The notes under the pieces are model-generated. The model worked only from the letters and a program-made list of their open reading frames with translations, did no database searches and was not told the DNA's origin. Positions 16,782-25,808 of a stretch of 29,779 bases of DNA are shown here, piece by piece. How positions within the stretch are numbered: the stretch's first letter is position 1; every line of letters begins with the position of its first letter. Source of the DNA: an archaeon (GTDB lineage: Archaea > Iainarchaeota > Iainarchaeia > Iainarchaeales > 0-14-0-20-34-12); NCBI GenBank assembly GCA_038046645.1, contig JBBSVU010000023.1, positions 1 through 29,779 on the forward strand, read 5' to 3'. Made by a program: the position numbers and the translations under genes.

Positions 16782-18242
16782 TTAAAATTCATTTAGGTTT
16801 ACCTGCTCTAATTTCCTTGTTTTCAGGTTTATCACAGAGACAATTCCTGGCGTGGGAATATGCCCTAATTCGGCCTGGTATGCAGTCTGTGCCTGGAATG
16901 TGCTGTTATTCACAACAGTAACGCCCCTATAAGTTTCAGTATCAAATCTATGGTGCTCTCCCATGAATACTAGGTCTGGTTCTTCCCTCATAACCATATA
17001 ATCAATGTTTTCAGGCACATAAGGCCTTGATAACCCATAGCCGCACATAAGGTCCCTTCTTTTAACCAAGGAGGCCATGCCTTTTGCAGGCCTTGATGCA
17101 TTTAGATAGCTTACCTGCGAAAATAAGTCATGCAATGCAGGGCCATGGTAAAGCATTATTTTTAAGCCCTCAATATTTACCCAGCCAGGCGAGCTTAAGA
17201 AATGGATATTTTTTTGTTTGTAAAGTTCTGGGGCCATCTCTTCAGGTATTTGTGGTTGGGGGTCTGCCCAGCGCACAGCATCATGCTGCCCAGGTATGAT
17301 AAAAATTTCAATATATTTTGGAATCTGCAATATCAATTCAGTAAATATTTCATACTGCTTTGAAATGCTTTTTACTGCAAGTTCATCATATTGGTTAGGA
17401 TAGATACCTATGCCATCAACGTTATCCCCTGTAATTACCAGATATTTTACATTTTCAGCCAATGCAGAATATTCATTTGCATTTCCATTTATCCATTTTA
17501 AAAAATTTTCAAATGTTTTTTCCTGAAATAATTTGCTGCCTATGTGCATATCTGAGATGCCTGCAATGCTGACATCTTTTGCAATTGTTTTTTCTGATTT
17601 TATCTGAACATCAGGGAATAAAATAGCTTTTGCAATAATTAACTCATTGCTTAATTTTGTCCCTTTTATTGCTATTACGCTGTCAGGTATTGCAAGTTCT
17701 GCTTCCCTTAATAATGCCTCATCCTTTTTCATTACCAAGCCAATGCATTTTCCCTCAAAATCCTCAAGTTCAATTGCAAGATGGCCGTTCTTTGAGGTCC
17801 ATTTCCTATTGACCATTCCGATGACATCAACCTCACTTTTATTTGGGATTGCTTTCAACCTTGATGTTTCCTTTGGCGTTATCTGGTGTTTTCTTAATAA
17901 TCCATCTAGGAATTTAAATTTGTCTTGGAAATAAATTAGGAAATCCGCGACTTTGCCTTTTGAAAAGCTGTCCTTATTTACATTGTATTCATCCAAAATT
18001 TTATAATTGGCTTCCATATTTTTTGCTTCGGCAGCCCATGTTTTTTTTAATTCCACATTTAATGGCTCTTTATGCTTTATCCTTTTGTTCTTTTCCACAA
18101 AATTAGCATCAATTACAAAAACATTTTCTAAAGCAGCCTTATCCACAATATCTTTCCATTCTTCAAGTTCATTAAGCAGGGTTAAAGCATCCTTGTTTAC
18201 TAGTACCCTTTTTTCATTTGAATATGAAAGAATTCCTTCCAA
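16782..18242 (-). CDS. polB: DNA polymerase D small subunit DP1 (proofreading exonuclease, calcineurin-like phosphoesterase)
   Basis: OB-fold (VIGMV...SKNGH...LED), SDMHIGSK, GDNVDGIGIYPNQ, PGQHDAVR..PQP, YHG, PD....G, FQAQT.YQ...G..PTPG. TTG start with GGTGA RBS. Confidence 0.95.
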   Translation of the reverse strand: MEGILSYSNEKRVLVNKDALTLLNELEEWKDIVDKAALENVFVIDANFVEKNKRIKHKEPLNVELKKTWAAEAKNMEANYKILDEYNVNKDSFSKGKVADFLIYFQDKFKFLDGLLRKHQITPKETSRLKAIPNKSEVDVIGMVNRKWTSKNGHLAIELEDFEGKCIGLVMKKDEALLREAELAIPDSVIAIKGTKLSNELIIAKAILFPDVQIKSEKTIAKDVSIAGISDMHIGSKLFQEKTFENFLKWINGNANEYSALAENVKYLVITGDNVDGIGIYPNQYDELAVKSISKQYEIFTELILQIPKYIEIFIIPGQHDAVRWADPQPQIPEEMAPELYKQKNIHFLSSPGWVNIEGLKIMLYHGPALHDLFSQVSYLNASRPAKGMASLVKRRDLMCGYGLSRPYVPENIDYMVMREEPDLVFMGEHHRFDTETYRGVTVVNNSTFQAQTAYQAELGHIPTPGIVSVINLKTRKLEQVNLNEF

Positions 18243-18406
18243 AATTTCACCAACAACATACTAAAAGCAGCCACAACGTTGACTTGCAACACCAATGTAC
18301 TTATATACCATGGCTAAAACATTGTGAGTAAATCAATATGAACCAAAACCTATATAGTTTTGACTTTTGGTGGGGATATAGGTTAGGCATATTAATGAAT
18401 TAGGCC

Positions 18407-18676
18407 TTATTTTACCTCTTCCTTTATCCTTTCCATTTCGCTTATAATCTCCCAAATAGAGGTTCTTGTGTAAGCAGGCATGTTGATATTATTGGAAATA
18501 TCATCTAAGGCATAGATGGCACTTGAGAAATCCTCGCTTGTCGGCGTTTCCGCGCTAATCTTACTTTTTACCTCTTCAATTGTGGCCCTTATGTTTTTCG
18601 GGATTCCCCTGTCTTTTAATACCTCATCAATCATTGCCTTAAGGCTCTCAATCTGCTGTGGCAAATTCATGTTCAT
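18407..18676 (-). CDS. UPF0147 family protein
   Basis: D.GIPKNIR, AIYALDDISNNINMPAYTRTSIWEIISEME match the archaeal UPF0147 pattern; GGGTGAT RBS. Confidence 0.9.
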   Translation of the reverse strand: MNMNLPQQIESLKAMIDEVLKDRGIPKNIRATIEEVKSKISAETPTSEDFSSAIYALDDISNNINMPAYTRTSIWEIISEMERIKEEVK

Positions 18677-18828
18677 CGTATCACCCTAGTAAAAAGCGTG
18701 CATTAGTGCTATACTGTAAATAAGGTAATAGTTACCTTTTTTATTGTTTGCTTATACCATATGTTAATTAAAAAAACTTAAATAACTAGATTTATAACAA
18801 TATTTTTTTGAATTTTATTCGTGATACA

Positions 18829-19911
18829 ATGCCAGATAAAAAGCCACTTTTGCCAAATATTTACAAGGGCAATTACTGGAAATATTCAATAATACCGACT
18901 ATTTTATTCTTTGTATTCTTATTCATGGCATTTGTTTATCCAGGTATACCCCAAGGCATAGATTTGAAGGGCGGAAATATGATCCTGGTAAAAACATCAA
19001 ACCCGGCGGATGCAAAGGCAATTGAATCTGCCTTGAGCCAAAAATTTGATTTGGAGAATATTTCTGTAACAACAATTATTTCGCCAACAAGCCCAGGTAT
19101 TATCGTAAATTTCAGCAAAAATGTATTTTTCTATGAAAATGAAAAAATTTACAAGCAAGGTACAGATTTATTGAAAGCAGGGAATGAATCTGAAGCGATT
19201 GCACAATTTGAGGCTATTTTAAGCAACCTTTCCAGCAAGGTTAAAATTGACAATAAGCCAAGTGCTGCAAAGGATTTGCAGGAATTTACAAGCACAAAGC
19301 TTGATGAGGCAAAGCAGTTATTTTACAATGATATACAAGATTTTTTGAAACAACAGCTGAATGAAAGCAATTTAGCATTCCAGATAAAAGAGGTTGCGCC
19401 AACAATTGGTGAAATCTTTTGGAATAATGCATTGTTTGTTGCATTTATTGCGCTTATCTGCATTATGATTGTCATATTTATTTTCTTTAGGGAATTGATT
19501 CCAACCTTGGCAATTATCCAGGCAGCATGTTTTGATGTTGCTGCAGCTTTAGGGGGAATGGCTTTGCTAGGCATTCCATTAAGCATAGCAACAATTCCTG
19601 CCTTGCTTATGATAGTAGGTTATTCAATTGACACGGATATTTTGCTGACTACTAGGGTTTTGAAGCACAGGGAATTAAATGCAAGGGATCAGGCATATAA
19701 AAGCATGGCTACTGGTTTGACAATGACAGGCACAGCTATTGCAGCTTCCTTAATAATGTTGATTTTATCCTATTCTTTCCAGATGTTTAGCATATTTGAT
19801 ATTGCAGTTGTTTTATTCTTTGGGCTTATTGGCGATCTTATTTCAACTTGGCTTATGAATGCCCAGATTCTTATATGGTATGCTGAAAAAAGCAATAAGG
19901 CGAAAAAATGA
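18829..19911 (+). CDS. secF: Protein-export membrane protein SecF
   Basis: GIDLKGG after TM1, EVAPTIG, FIFFRELIP, ALLMIVGYSIDTDILLTTRVLK, TWLMNA; ATG 18829 with GTGAT RBS. Confidence 0.93.
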   Translation: MPDKKPLLPNIYKGNYWKYSIIPTILFFVFLFMAFVYPGIPQGIDLKGGNMILVKTSNPADAKAIESALSQKFDLENISVTTIISPTSPGIIVNFSKNVFFYENEKIYKQGTDLLKAGNESEAIAQFEAILSNLSSKVKIDNKPSAAKDLQEFTSTKLDEAKQLFYNDIQDFLKQQLNESNLAFQIKEVAPTIGEIFWNNALFVAFIALICIMIVIFIFFRELIPTLAIIQAACFDVAAALGGMALLGIPLSIATIPALLMIVGYSIDTDILLTTRVLKHRELNARDQAYKSMATGLTMTGTAIAASLIMLILSYSFQMFSIFDIAVVLFFGLIGDLISTWLMNAQILIWYAEKSNKAKK

Positions 19912-21524
19912 ATTCATTACTTAAAAGTTATAAACTTTGGCTTGTCCTGATTGTTTTGTTTATTGCTACTTTACTTCTTTTATTTAATGGAATAAATTTT
20001 GGTATTGAGTTTGCCGGTGGCACATTATTCCAGATTCACTTTTCTGAAAAGATTAAATCAACAACTGAAATGGAAAAGGTTTCTTCCATTATCGAGCAAA
20101 GGCTTAATTGGACCGGATTAAAGGATGTTAAAGTTTACAGTGTAGCTAATGAATTTGTTATAGCGCAATTGCCAGAAACAGACCCTGCTAAAGTGCAGCA
20201 GATAGAATCCTTGTTGAAGAAACAGGGCAAGTTTGAGGTAATGATTGACGGAAAAATAGCATTTGTCGGGGAAGATGTAATTCAAGTAGATCAGGAAACA
20301 TCCATGCCTGCAGTGCAGCAGTCCAGCGCAGCATATAGGTGGAATCTGCCGTTTGTCCTGAAAAATTCTGCTGCCAAAAATTTTAGGGATTTGTCATTCC
20401 ACAAATGCAGCATGATTGGTTATGGCAATGATTCCGAAGAGAATTATGATTGTGAAAATACTTATTTTTTCATTGACAGGCCTAATGCAGTAATCCTTAT
20501 AACCGAGGATCAATATCTGCTTGATAGGGATTTATTTATGGGTGGAAATTCCTTGAAAGGAATGCCTTCAAACCTTTCAGTAGATGAGGTAATATCCAAT
20601 AGTGCATTGCCGCTTATCCAAATAACTAAAGAAGGGTTGCCTGCCGATGATTTATCCGCATTAAAAGAATATTTAAAACAACATTCTGAAGTTGTATTGC
20701 AGACTGGCATTTCTTTAGATATTAAAGAAAAGCTTAAATCATTGGGATTCAAGGTTAGAGAAATTAAAGGAGAGGAAAATCTTCCATGGCTTTGGACTGC
20801 TTTAGGCATAAAATCAGTTGTACGATTGCAGCCTTCTGTCACTGGTGATGAACCTTATGTTGAATCAGTGGAACAGGCAAAAGTAATTACGGATTTAATA
20901 ATTACAGGGACATCACAGACACAGGAAGAAGCATTTAATGAAAGAGGCTATACCAAGATATTGCTTGAATCAGGCTCATTGCCTGTTGCAGTTGAAAGCA
21001 TAAATAAAGAAACAATCTCTCCATTGCTTGGTGAGAATTTCATTTTTTCAGCAGGCATTATTGGTTTATTGGTAATTATCTCTGTTGCATTGGTGCTTTT
21101 CTTTAGGTACAGAGCACTTAAGCTTTCACTTGCAATACTTGCAATGTCAATAAGCGAGGCATATTTAGCTTTGGTATTTACCTCACAGTTTGGTAGCATT
21201 ACCTTGGCAGCAATTGCTGGTGTTTTAGCTGCGGTTGGAACTGGTGTGAATGATCAGATTGTGATTACTGATGAATTAACTTCAAGCGAGAGCAAGGAAA
21301 GTTTGTCATTAATGAGGAAGATTAAGAATGCATTTTTCATTGTGTTTGCCGCAGCAGCTACCTCATTGTCTACAATGTTGCCAGTTATTATATTTGGTTC
21401 AGCAATGATTTCCTTAATGGGCTTTGCAATTGCAACAGTAATTGGTGTTGTAGCAGGTATCTTCATTACAAGGCCGTTCTATGCGGAATTCGCGAAATAC
21501 ATGCTTGAGAATAAAAAAGACTAA
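19908..21524 (+). CDS. secD: Protein-export membrane protein SecD
   Basis: GIEFAGG, IIEQRLN..GLKD, LESGSLP, ISPLLG, IAGVLAAVGTGVNDQIVITDE, ITRPFY; ATGA overlap with the secF stop. Confidence 0.93.
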   Translation: MNSLLKSYKLWLVLIVLFIATLLLLFNGINFGIEFAGGTLFQIHFSEKIKSTTEMEKVSSIIEQRLNWTGLKDVKVYSVANEFVIAQLPETDPAKVQQIESLLKKQGKFEVMIDGKIAFVGEDVIQVDQETSMPAVQQSSAAYRWNLPFVLKNSAAKNFRDLSFHKCSMIGYGNDSEENYDCENTYFFIDRPNAVILITEDQYLLDRDLFMGGNSLKGMPSNLSVDEVISNSALPLIQITKEGLPADDLSALKEYLKQHSEVVLQTGISLDIKEKLKSLGFKVREIKGEENLPWLWTALGIKSVVRLQPSVTGDEPYVESVEQAKVITDLIITGTSQTQEEAFNERGYTKILLESGSLPVAVESINKETISPLLGENFIFSAGIIGLLVIISVALVLFFRYRALKLSLAILAMSISEAYLALVFTSQFGSITLAAIAGVLAAVGTGVNDQIVITDELTSSESKESLSLMRKIKNAFFIVFAAAATSLSTMLPVIIFGSAMISLMGFAIATVIGVVAGIFITRPFYAEFAKYMLENKKD

Positions 21525-21557
21525 ATAGCAGTTAGTTGTTCTAATTTTTTAGGGAAT

Positions 21558-21597
21558 TTTTTAAATTTTAATTGTTTTTAAATTTTAATTGTTTTTA
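21558..21597. repeat. 17-bp tandem duplication in the convergent secD/archaeosortase gap; possible oligo-T terminator
   Basis: TTTTTAAATTTTAATTG twice (21558-21574, 21575-21591) plus a partial TTTTTA. Confidence 0.6.
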
Positions 21598-22119
21598 GAT
21601 TATTTCTTCAAGAGTATGTTTACTCAATTCTTTTTTGCTTAGCACATACCATGCAGCAAATATAAATGCTGTTGTAAATAGCCAGCTTGCCATATGCGCA
21701 AAATCAACAAGTGAGAAATCAATTTTGGCTATCTCAACAACCGCAATAATTCTCACAAGGTTTATTGCAAGCAAAAACATTCCAGCAATTGCCAAATTAT
21801 AAACTTTTTTATTAAATTCAGGTTTTTTCAATGAGAAAATGACAGCAGCTAAAATTATTATGGATTCTAAGCCTATGCACATATTTGTTACTTCAAGTGG
21901 CTGATTTTTTACATATAAAATATTCCCAAACGCAGTAACATTGCTTATTGCCGCAACAATATCCGCAAGGCTATTTGTAAATAAGCTGAGGTTAAGCAAT
22001 GGCAATATTATTGTTCCAGTTGCTGAGATAATTGAGAATTTAATTAAAAAAGGAATAATTTTTTTGTAATCTTTTTTTTCTCTGTGTTTATTTTTTGCTC
22101 TTTGTGTTCTCATGCGCAT
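21595..22119 (-). CDS. Archaeosortase/exosortase family membrane transpeptidase
   Basis: Multi-pass membrane protein with a Cys-Arg-His triad pattern: EVTNMCIGLES, INLVRI, DFAH. Confidence 0.82.
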   Translation of the reverse strand: MRMRTQRAKNKHREKKDYKKIIPFLIKFSIISATGTIILPLLNLSLFTNSLADIVAAISNVTAFGNILYVKNQPLEVTNMCIGLESIIILAAVIFSLKKPEFNKKVYNLAIAGMFLLAINLVRIIAVVEIAKIDFSLVDFAHMASWLFTTAFIFAAWYVLSKKELSKHTLEEII

Positions 22120-22184
22120 CTATAATACTAAACCAAATAGCTGTTAATAAATATTTGCAAATAAAAAATTAGATTGTTGAAGCA

Positions 22185-22706
22185 CTACCAAGGGTGTTTT
22201 TTTAGCTTCGCATTATATGCAAACATGTTTGCTAACTTATGTATTAATGGAGTGGCAATAACTATTATTAGTATTTCAATAAATGACAATTGAATAAAAG
22301 GCATTGTTAGAATTATGCCGCCTGCAACAAAATCAAGCTGATCCAAAAACAATACTGGTTTGCCTCTTTCAAGCCCAAATCTTCTTTTAATAAATGCGCC
22401 GCACATATCCCCCAAGATTGCGCCAAAGGCAAGCACAAATCCTGCATACAAATAATTGTTTGTCAAAAGCAAGGTAGTTTGGGGCAGCAAATAATACAGC
22501 AGAACCGCAGAAAGTGTCCCGAACAAAATGCCGAAAAAAGCCCCTTTTACTGTTTTTCCTTCCCCTAAAATTGGATAGCCATCCATTAATTTTTTATGAA
22601 AATCAATTGGGGTTTTTCCGTGAAATACAACAGCGGAAGAATTTGCAATATATAATGGAATTACAAATAAAAGAATCCTTGCGATTGTATCAAATCCTAA
22701 AATCAT
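22185..22706 (-). CDS. carS: CDP-archaeol synthase (CDP-2,3-bis-O-geranylgeranyl-sn-glycerol synthase)
   Basis: PLYIANSS, PIDF...DG..ILGEGKT..G, GD..GAFIKRRFGLERG, LDQLDF and C-terminal KKHPW. Confidence 0.93.
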   Translation of the reverse strand: MILGFDTIARILLFVIPLYIANSSAVVFHGKTPIDFHKKLMDGYPILGEGKTVKGAFFGILFGTLSAVLLYYLLPQTTLLLTNNYLYAGFVLAFGAILGDMCGAFIKRRFGLERGKPVLFLDQLDFVAGGIILTMPFIQLSFIEILIIVIATPLIHKLANMFAYNAKLKKHPW

Positions 22707-22816
22707 TTCTATTTCCCCACTAATATTCTAATCCTTGTTTTCTAGCATATATTGAATTGAATTATATCTAAAATTATACCATTTGGTATTTAAATTACTA
22801 GCGCCAAAATGATGTT

Positions 22817-23731
22817 ATGGACAATAAAAAAGTCATATTCATTGTAATCATTGCAGCATTTATGCTTATAGGGCTGTCAGTAATACTTTCAGCAATGTTT
22901 TTTCCAGAAGGGTCAATAACTGCTTTTTTTGGCAGTAACGTAGCTTTAGTGAAATTGGAAGGTGAAATAATAACTGAAGGTTCTTCTTATTTTGGCACAA
23001 AGAGCGCTTTTGATGTTGTTTCAGAAATAGAACAGGCTGACGAAGATTCAAGCATTGCAGCAATTCTCCTTGAGATAAATTCTCCAGGTGGGTCAGTTGT
23101 TGGGTCAAAACAGATAGCAGATGCATTAAAGAGTGCAAAAAAACCAGTTGTTTCATGGATTTCTGATACCGGGGCTAGCGGTGCATACTTAGCAGCCGCA
23201 TCCACCGATTATATTGTTGCGGATTCTGCTTCCCTTACAGGAAGTATTGGGGTAATATCAATACTTCCTAATTATTCAGGATTGATGGAAAAAATAGGGC
23301 TAAAATTTGAGGTCTTGAAAAAAGGCGATTATAAAGATATAGGGAATCCATTCAGGGAAATGACTGATGCGGAGAAAAAATTATTTTATGATTCGCTTGA
23401 AGAAATATTTTCAGAATTTAAGGATTCAGTAAAGGAATACAGGAAAGGAAAATTAGACCTAAAGGAATTCAATAAAATAGCGGATGGCCGTTTTATCACG
23501 GGAAAGCAGGCACTTGATTTAGGATTAATCGATTCTTTAGGGACAAGAAAAGAGGCAATAAATAAAGCAGCTGAACTTGCTGGAGTAAAAGGAAAGCCAA
23601 ATGTAATGGACTTTTCAGGATCTAGTTTTGAATTCGGAAACTTATTTTCAGAAGCAGGATATTTCCTTTCAAAGGGTTTTGTTTCAGGGTTGCAAGCAAA
23701 TGCAAGCATTCAGACAGTGAAGATACAATAA
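22817..23731 (+). CDS. sppA: Signal peptide peptidase SppA (S49)
   Basis: N-terminal TM, INSPGGS, GASGAY (nucleophile Ser), TGSIGV, YKD (Lys), ADGR..TG.QA...GLID.LG. Confidence 0.95.
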   Translation: MDNKKVIFIVIIAAFMLIGLSVILSAMFFPEGSITAFFGSNVALVKLEGEIITEGSSYFGTKSAFDVVSEIEQADEDSSIAAILLEINSPGGSVVGSKQIADALKSAKKPVVSWISDTGASGAYLAAASTDYIVADSASLTGSIGVISILPNYSGLMEKIGLKFEVLKKGDYKDIGNPFREMTDAEKKLFYDSLEEIFSEFKDSVKEYRKGKLDLKEFNKIADGRFITGKQALDLGLIDSLGTRKEAINKAAELAGVKGKPNVMDFSGSSFEFGNLFSEAGYFLSKGFVSGLQANASIQTVKIQ

Positions 23732-23815
23732 TCTTATTATTGTAGAGCAATGCCTTTCTTTTTTTGCCATTTTAGCGTTGCTTTAACTAGCCAGGACTTT
23801 TATGTAGATATGCCC

Positions 23816-24499
23816 TTAGATTGAGATTCCAAATATGAAACTAGCTATCTGTGCTATTAAAGCACCGCACAATGACCCTAAAAAATTAACCTGTGTGTTG
23901 TTTAATTGCCCCTTAATTTCGAACTTAGCCCCTAGTATGGAGTCAAATAAGGAGCCTAAAACCCCTGAAATCACCAATATTAGCGCTAGGAGCATGCTTG
24001 GAAATGCATAAAGTACGCATAAGGCTATCAAAAAAGCCCCTGCTATGGCAGCTAAGACACCTAAAATAGTCACACCACCATCTGTTCCTGGTTCTACCTC
24101 TTTCTTCAAATCAGTGATTAAAACAGGCTTTTTCTTCGATAAAATGCCTATTTCTGAAGATAATGTATCAGCCAAGGCAGCAGCAACAGCCCCAAAAAAG
24201 GCTATTTTAAAGCCAAGAAGGATTGCAAGAACTGCAGGCCCGCCATTTCCAACAATATTCCATTCATTCCTTTGCTCATGCTTTCTCTTGTTCTTTGGGT
24301 ATATTGTTGCAATCTCAGCAACCATATAAAAAATAAGTAAAGTAAGAAAAGCATGAAGCCCACCATTCAAGAACACAATAAGGCCAATGATATTTCCTAT
24401 TAATATTCCATCAAAACTAAGCAGCCTTTTTTTATGGCTTATTAGAGAAAATATGCCTAATGTTAAAAGCAGAAAAGCAACCTCAACAAGTGTTGTCAT
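23816..24499 (-). CDS. DUF92/TMEM19 family integral membrane protein
   Basis: R...NIVGNGG, ADTLSSEIG, V.PGTDGGVT..G, DSILGA, NNTQVN motifs. Confidence 0.92.
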   Translation of the reverse strand: MTTLVEVAFLLLTLGIFSLISHKKRLLSFDGILIGNIIGLIVFLNGGLHAFLTLLIFYMVAEIATIYPKNKRKHEQRNEWNIVGNGGPAVLAILLGFKIAFFGAVAAALADTLSSEIGILSKKKPVLITDLKKEVEPGTDGGVTILGVLAAIAGAFLIALCVLYAFPSMLLALILVISGVLGSLFDSILGAKFEIKGQLNNTQVNFLGSLCGALIAQIASFIFGISI

Positions 24500-24584
24500 A
24501 TTTTCACTGAAGTTTTATGGCTTCATTTAGCCCTGCCCAAGGATATTGCCCAGGGTATTAAATAAAATAAGAAGAATCAGTTAA

Positions 24585-25178
24585 TTAATCTGATTCTTTT
24601 TTGCTTGCATTTAATATCTTTGATTTTGTTATTTCAATTCTCTTTATGGGTGCAATATCCTTCACTTTTTTGAATATGTCTGAAGCTAAATTCCCAAAAA
24701 TCATTTCCTGCACGAATTTGTCATAGTCGCTATGTTTTGCTTTTTCTTTCACTGCTTCAAGCATCAATTTTCTTACCTCAGATTCCTTACCTTTTTCAAC
24801 CTTTATTCCGGTTAATGTAAGTGCACTTACCCTTAACTTCTTTTTATCGGCAGTTTCAACATTTAAAGTTCCAAATATTTTGCTCTTTCTCCTGCTCACC
24901 AGCCTGTGTATATACCCTGGGTTAATTACATGGCCGTCAATGTCTGTGTATGCATTTGTGCCCTTTATCGAATTTACCTTGAAGCGCATTGAAATATGCT
25001 TGAAATTTTTTTGTCCGGTTATCTGTCCTAGGTTTACCAAAATTACCCTATTAATCAGATTTACATCTTTCACTGCAGGGGTTTCGCCTATTTCCCTTAA
25101 GTCAAATGCTTTTGGCGCCAGAATTGTAAACCATATCTTCCTTTTCCATTTATCAACTACTGCTTGCATCTTAGCCAT
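24585..25178 (-). CDS. rps3ae: 30S ribosomal protein S3Ae (eS1)
   Basis: DKWKRKIWFTILAPKAF...IGETPA, LVSRRKSKI, IAPIKRIEITK. Confidence 0.95.
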   Translation of the reverse strand: MAKMQAVVDKWKRKIWFTILAPKAFDLREIGETPAVKDVNLINRVILVNLGQITGQKNFKHISMRFKVNSIKGTNAYTDIDGHVINPGYIHRLVSRRKSKIFGTLNVETADKKKLRVSALTLTGIKVEKGKESEVRKLMLEAVKEKAKHSDYDKFVQEMIFGNLASDIFKKVKDIAPIKRIEITKSKILNASKKESD

Positions 25179-25182
25179 ATAA

Positions 25183-25299
25183 TCACTTTCTCATTTGTAA
25201 AATTTCATCATCTATTTCTTTTAATATTTTTTTTAAGGATTCATCACCTTTTTTATGAATCACTTTTTCATCTGCTTTCAATATAAAATCATATTTCAT
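25183..25299 (-). CDS. Unannotated 38-aa small protein between rps15 and rps3ae
   Basis: MKYDFILKADEKVIHKKGDESLKKILKEIDDEILQMRK*. GTGAT lies 8 nt before the ATG, the TGA stop is part of the GTGAT RBS of rps3ae, and the ORF nearly fills the gap. Confidence 0.6.
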   Translation of the reverse strand: MKYDFILKADEKVIHKKGDESLKKILKEIDDEILQMRK

Positions 25300-25318
25300 G
25301 ATATGCAATCACGCATAT

Positions 25319-25741
25319 TTATTTAACCAATAATTGACCTTTCTCAATTGTGAAATACCAGTCTTTAGGCAATATCTTTTTCTTTTTGTAATAATCAACC
25401 AGCCTTTTTATTTTTGAGGTTGTATTGATATAACCATGTTTTGCAGTCATGTCATTTTTATTTTCATGGTAATGCTTGTCAATAGTTACAACCCTTTTAA
25501 TAAGGTCCATTAAATCTTCAGGCAGTTCAGTATCCAGTTTATTGTCCTTTAATAAATCGCCGATTGTTTTGCCTGTAGCTTTTTTTACTGAAGGAATTCC
25601 ATGCTGGTCCCTTAAAATCATGCCAATTTCGCTTTTTGAATTTCCTGCGTTTGCTAATTCTACAATCAGATTTTCTATCTCTTTTGGGTTTGATTCAACC
25701 CAGTCCTCAGATTTTTCTTTAGTTTCTTTTTTTGCCACCAT
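25319..25741 (-). CDS. rps15: 30S ribosomal protein S15 (uS15/S13e)
   Basis: SEIGMILRDQHGIPSVK, LPEDLMDLIKR, SKIKRLVDYYK...LPKDW; ATG 25741 with GAGGGTGA RBS. The N-terminal arm is shorter than in typical archaeal S15. Confidence 0.95.
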   Translation of the reverse strand: MVAKKETKEKSEDWVESNPKEIENLIVELANAGNSKSEIGMILRDQHGIPSVKKATGKTIGDLLKDNKLDTELPEDLMDLIKRVVTIDKHYHENKNDMTAKHGYINTTSKIKRLVDYYKKKKILPKDWYFTIEKGQLLVK

Positions 25742-25766
25742 TTTCACCCTCACTGGTATGAAAAAG

Positions 25767-25808
25767 CTTATTTATGGGGCAAACAGGGTTTGCGCCCATT
25801 AGAATAAG
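25767..25808 (-). promoter_or_regulatory. Stem-loop in the predicted rps15 5' UTR (candidate ribosomal-protein leader)
   Basis: RNA CUUAUU-CUA-AUGGG-C-GCAAAC-CCU-GUUUGC-CCCAU-A-AAUAAG forms 17 bp. TATA TTTAAATA at 25838-25831 places the TSS near 25808. Confidence 0.55.

Noticed and set aside
21558..21597. 17-bp tandem repeat as a CRISPR or iteron array
   Set aside because: Only two adjacent low-complexity copies with no spacers and no cas genes.
24530..24558. CCCTG...CAGGG inverted repeat between rps3ae and DUF92
   Set aside because: 5-bp outer stem with mismatched interior; too weak to call, though it may help termination.
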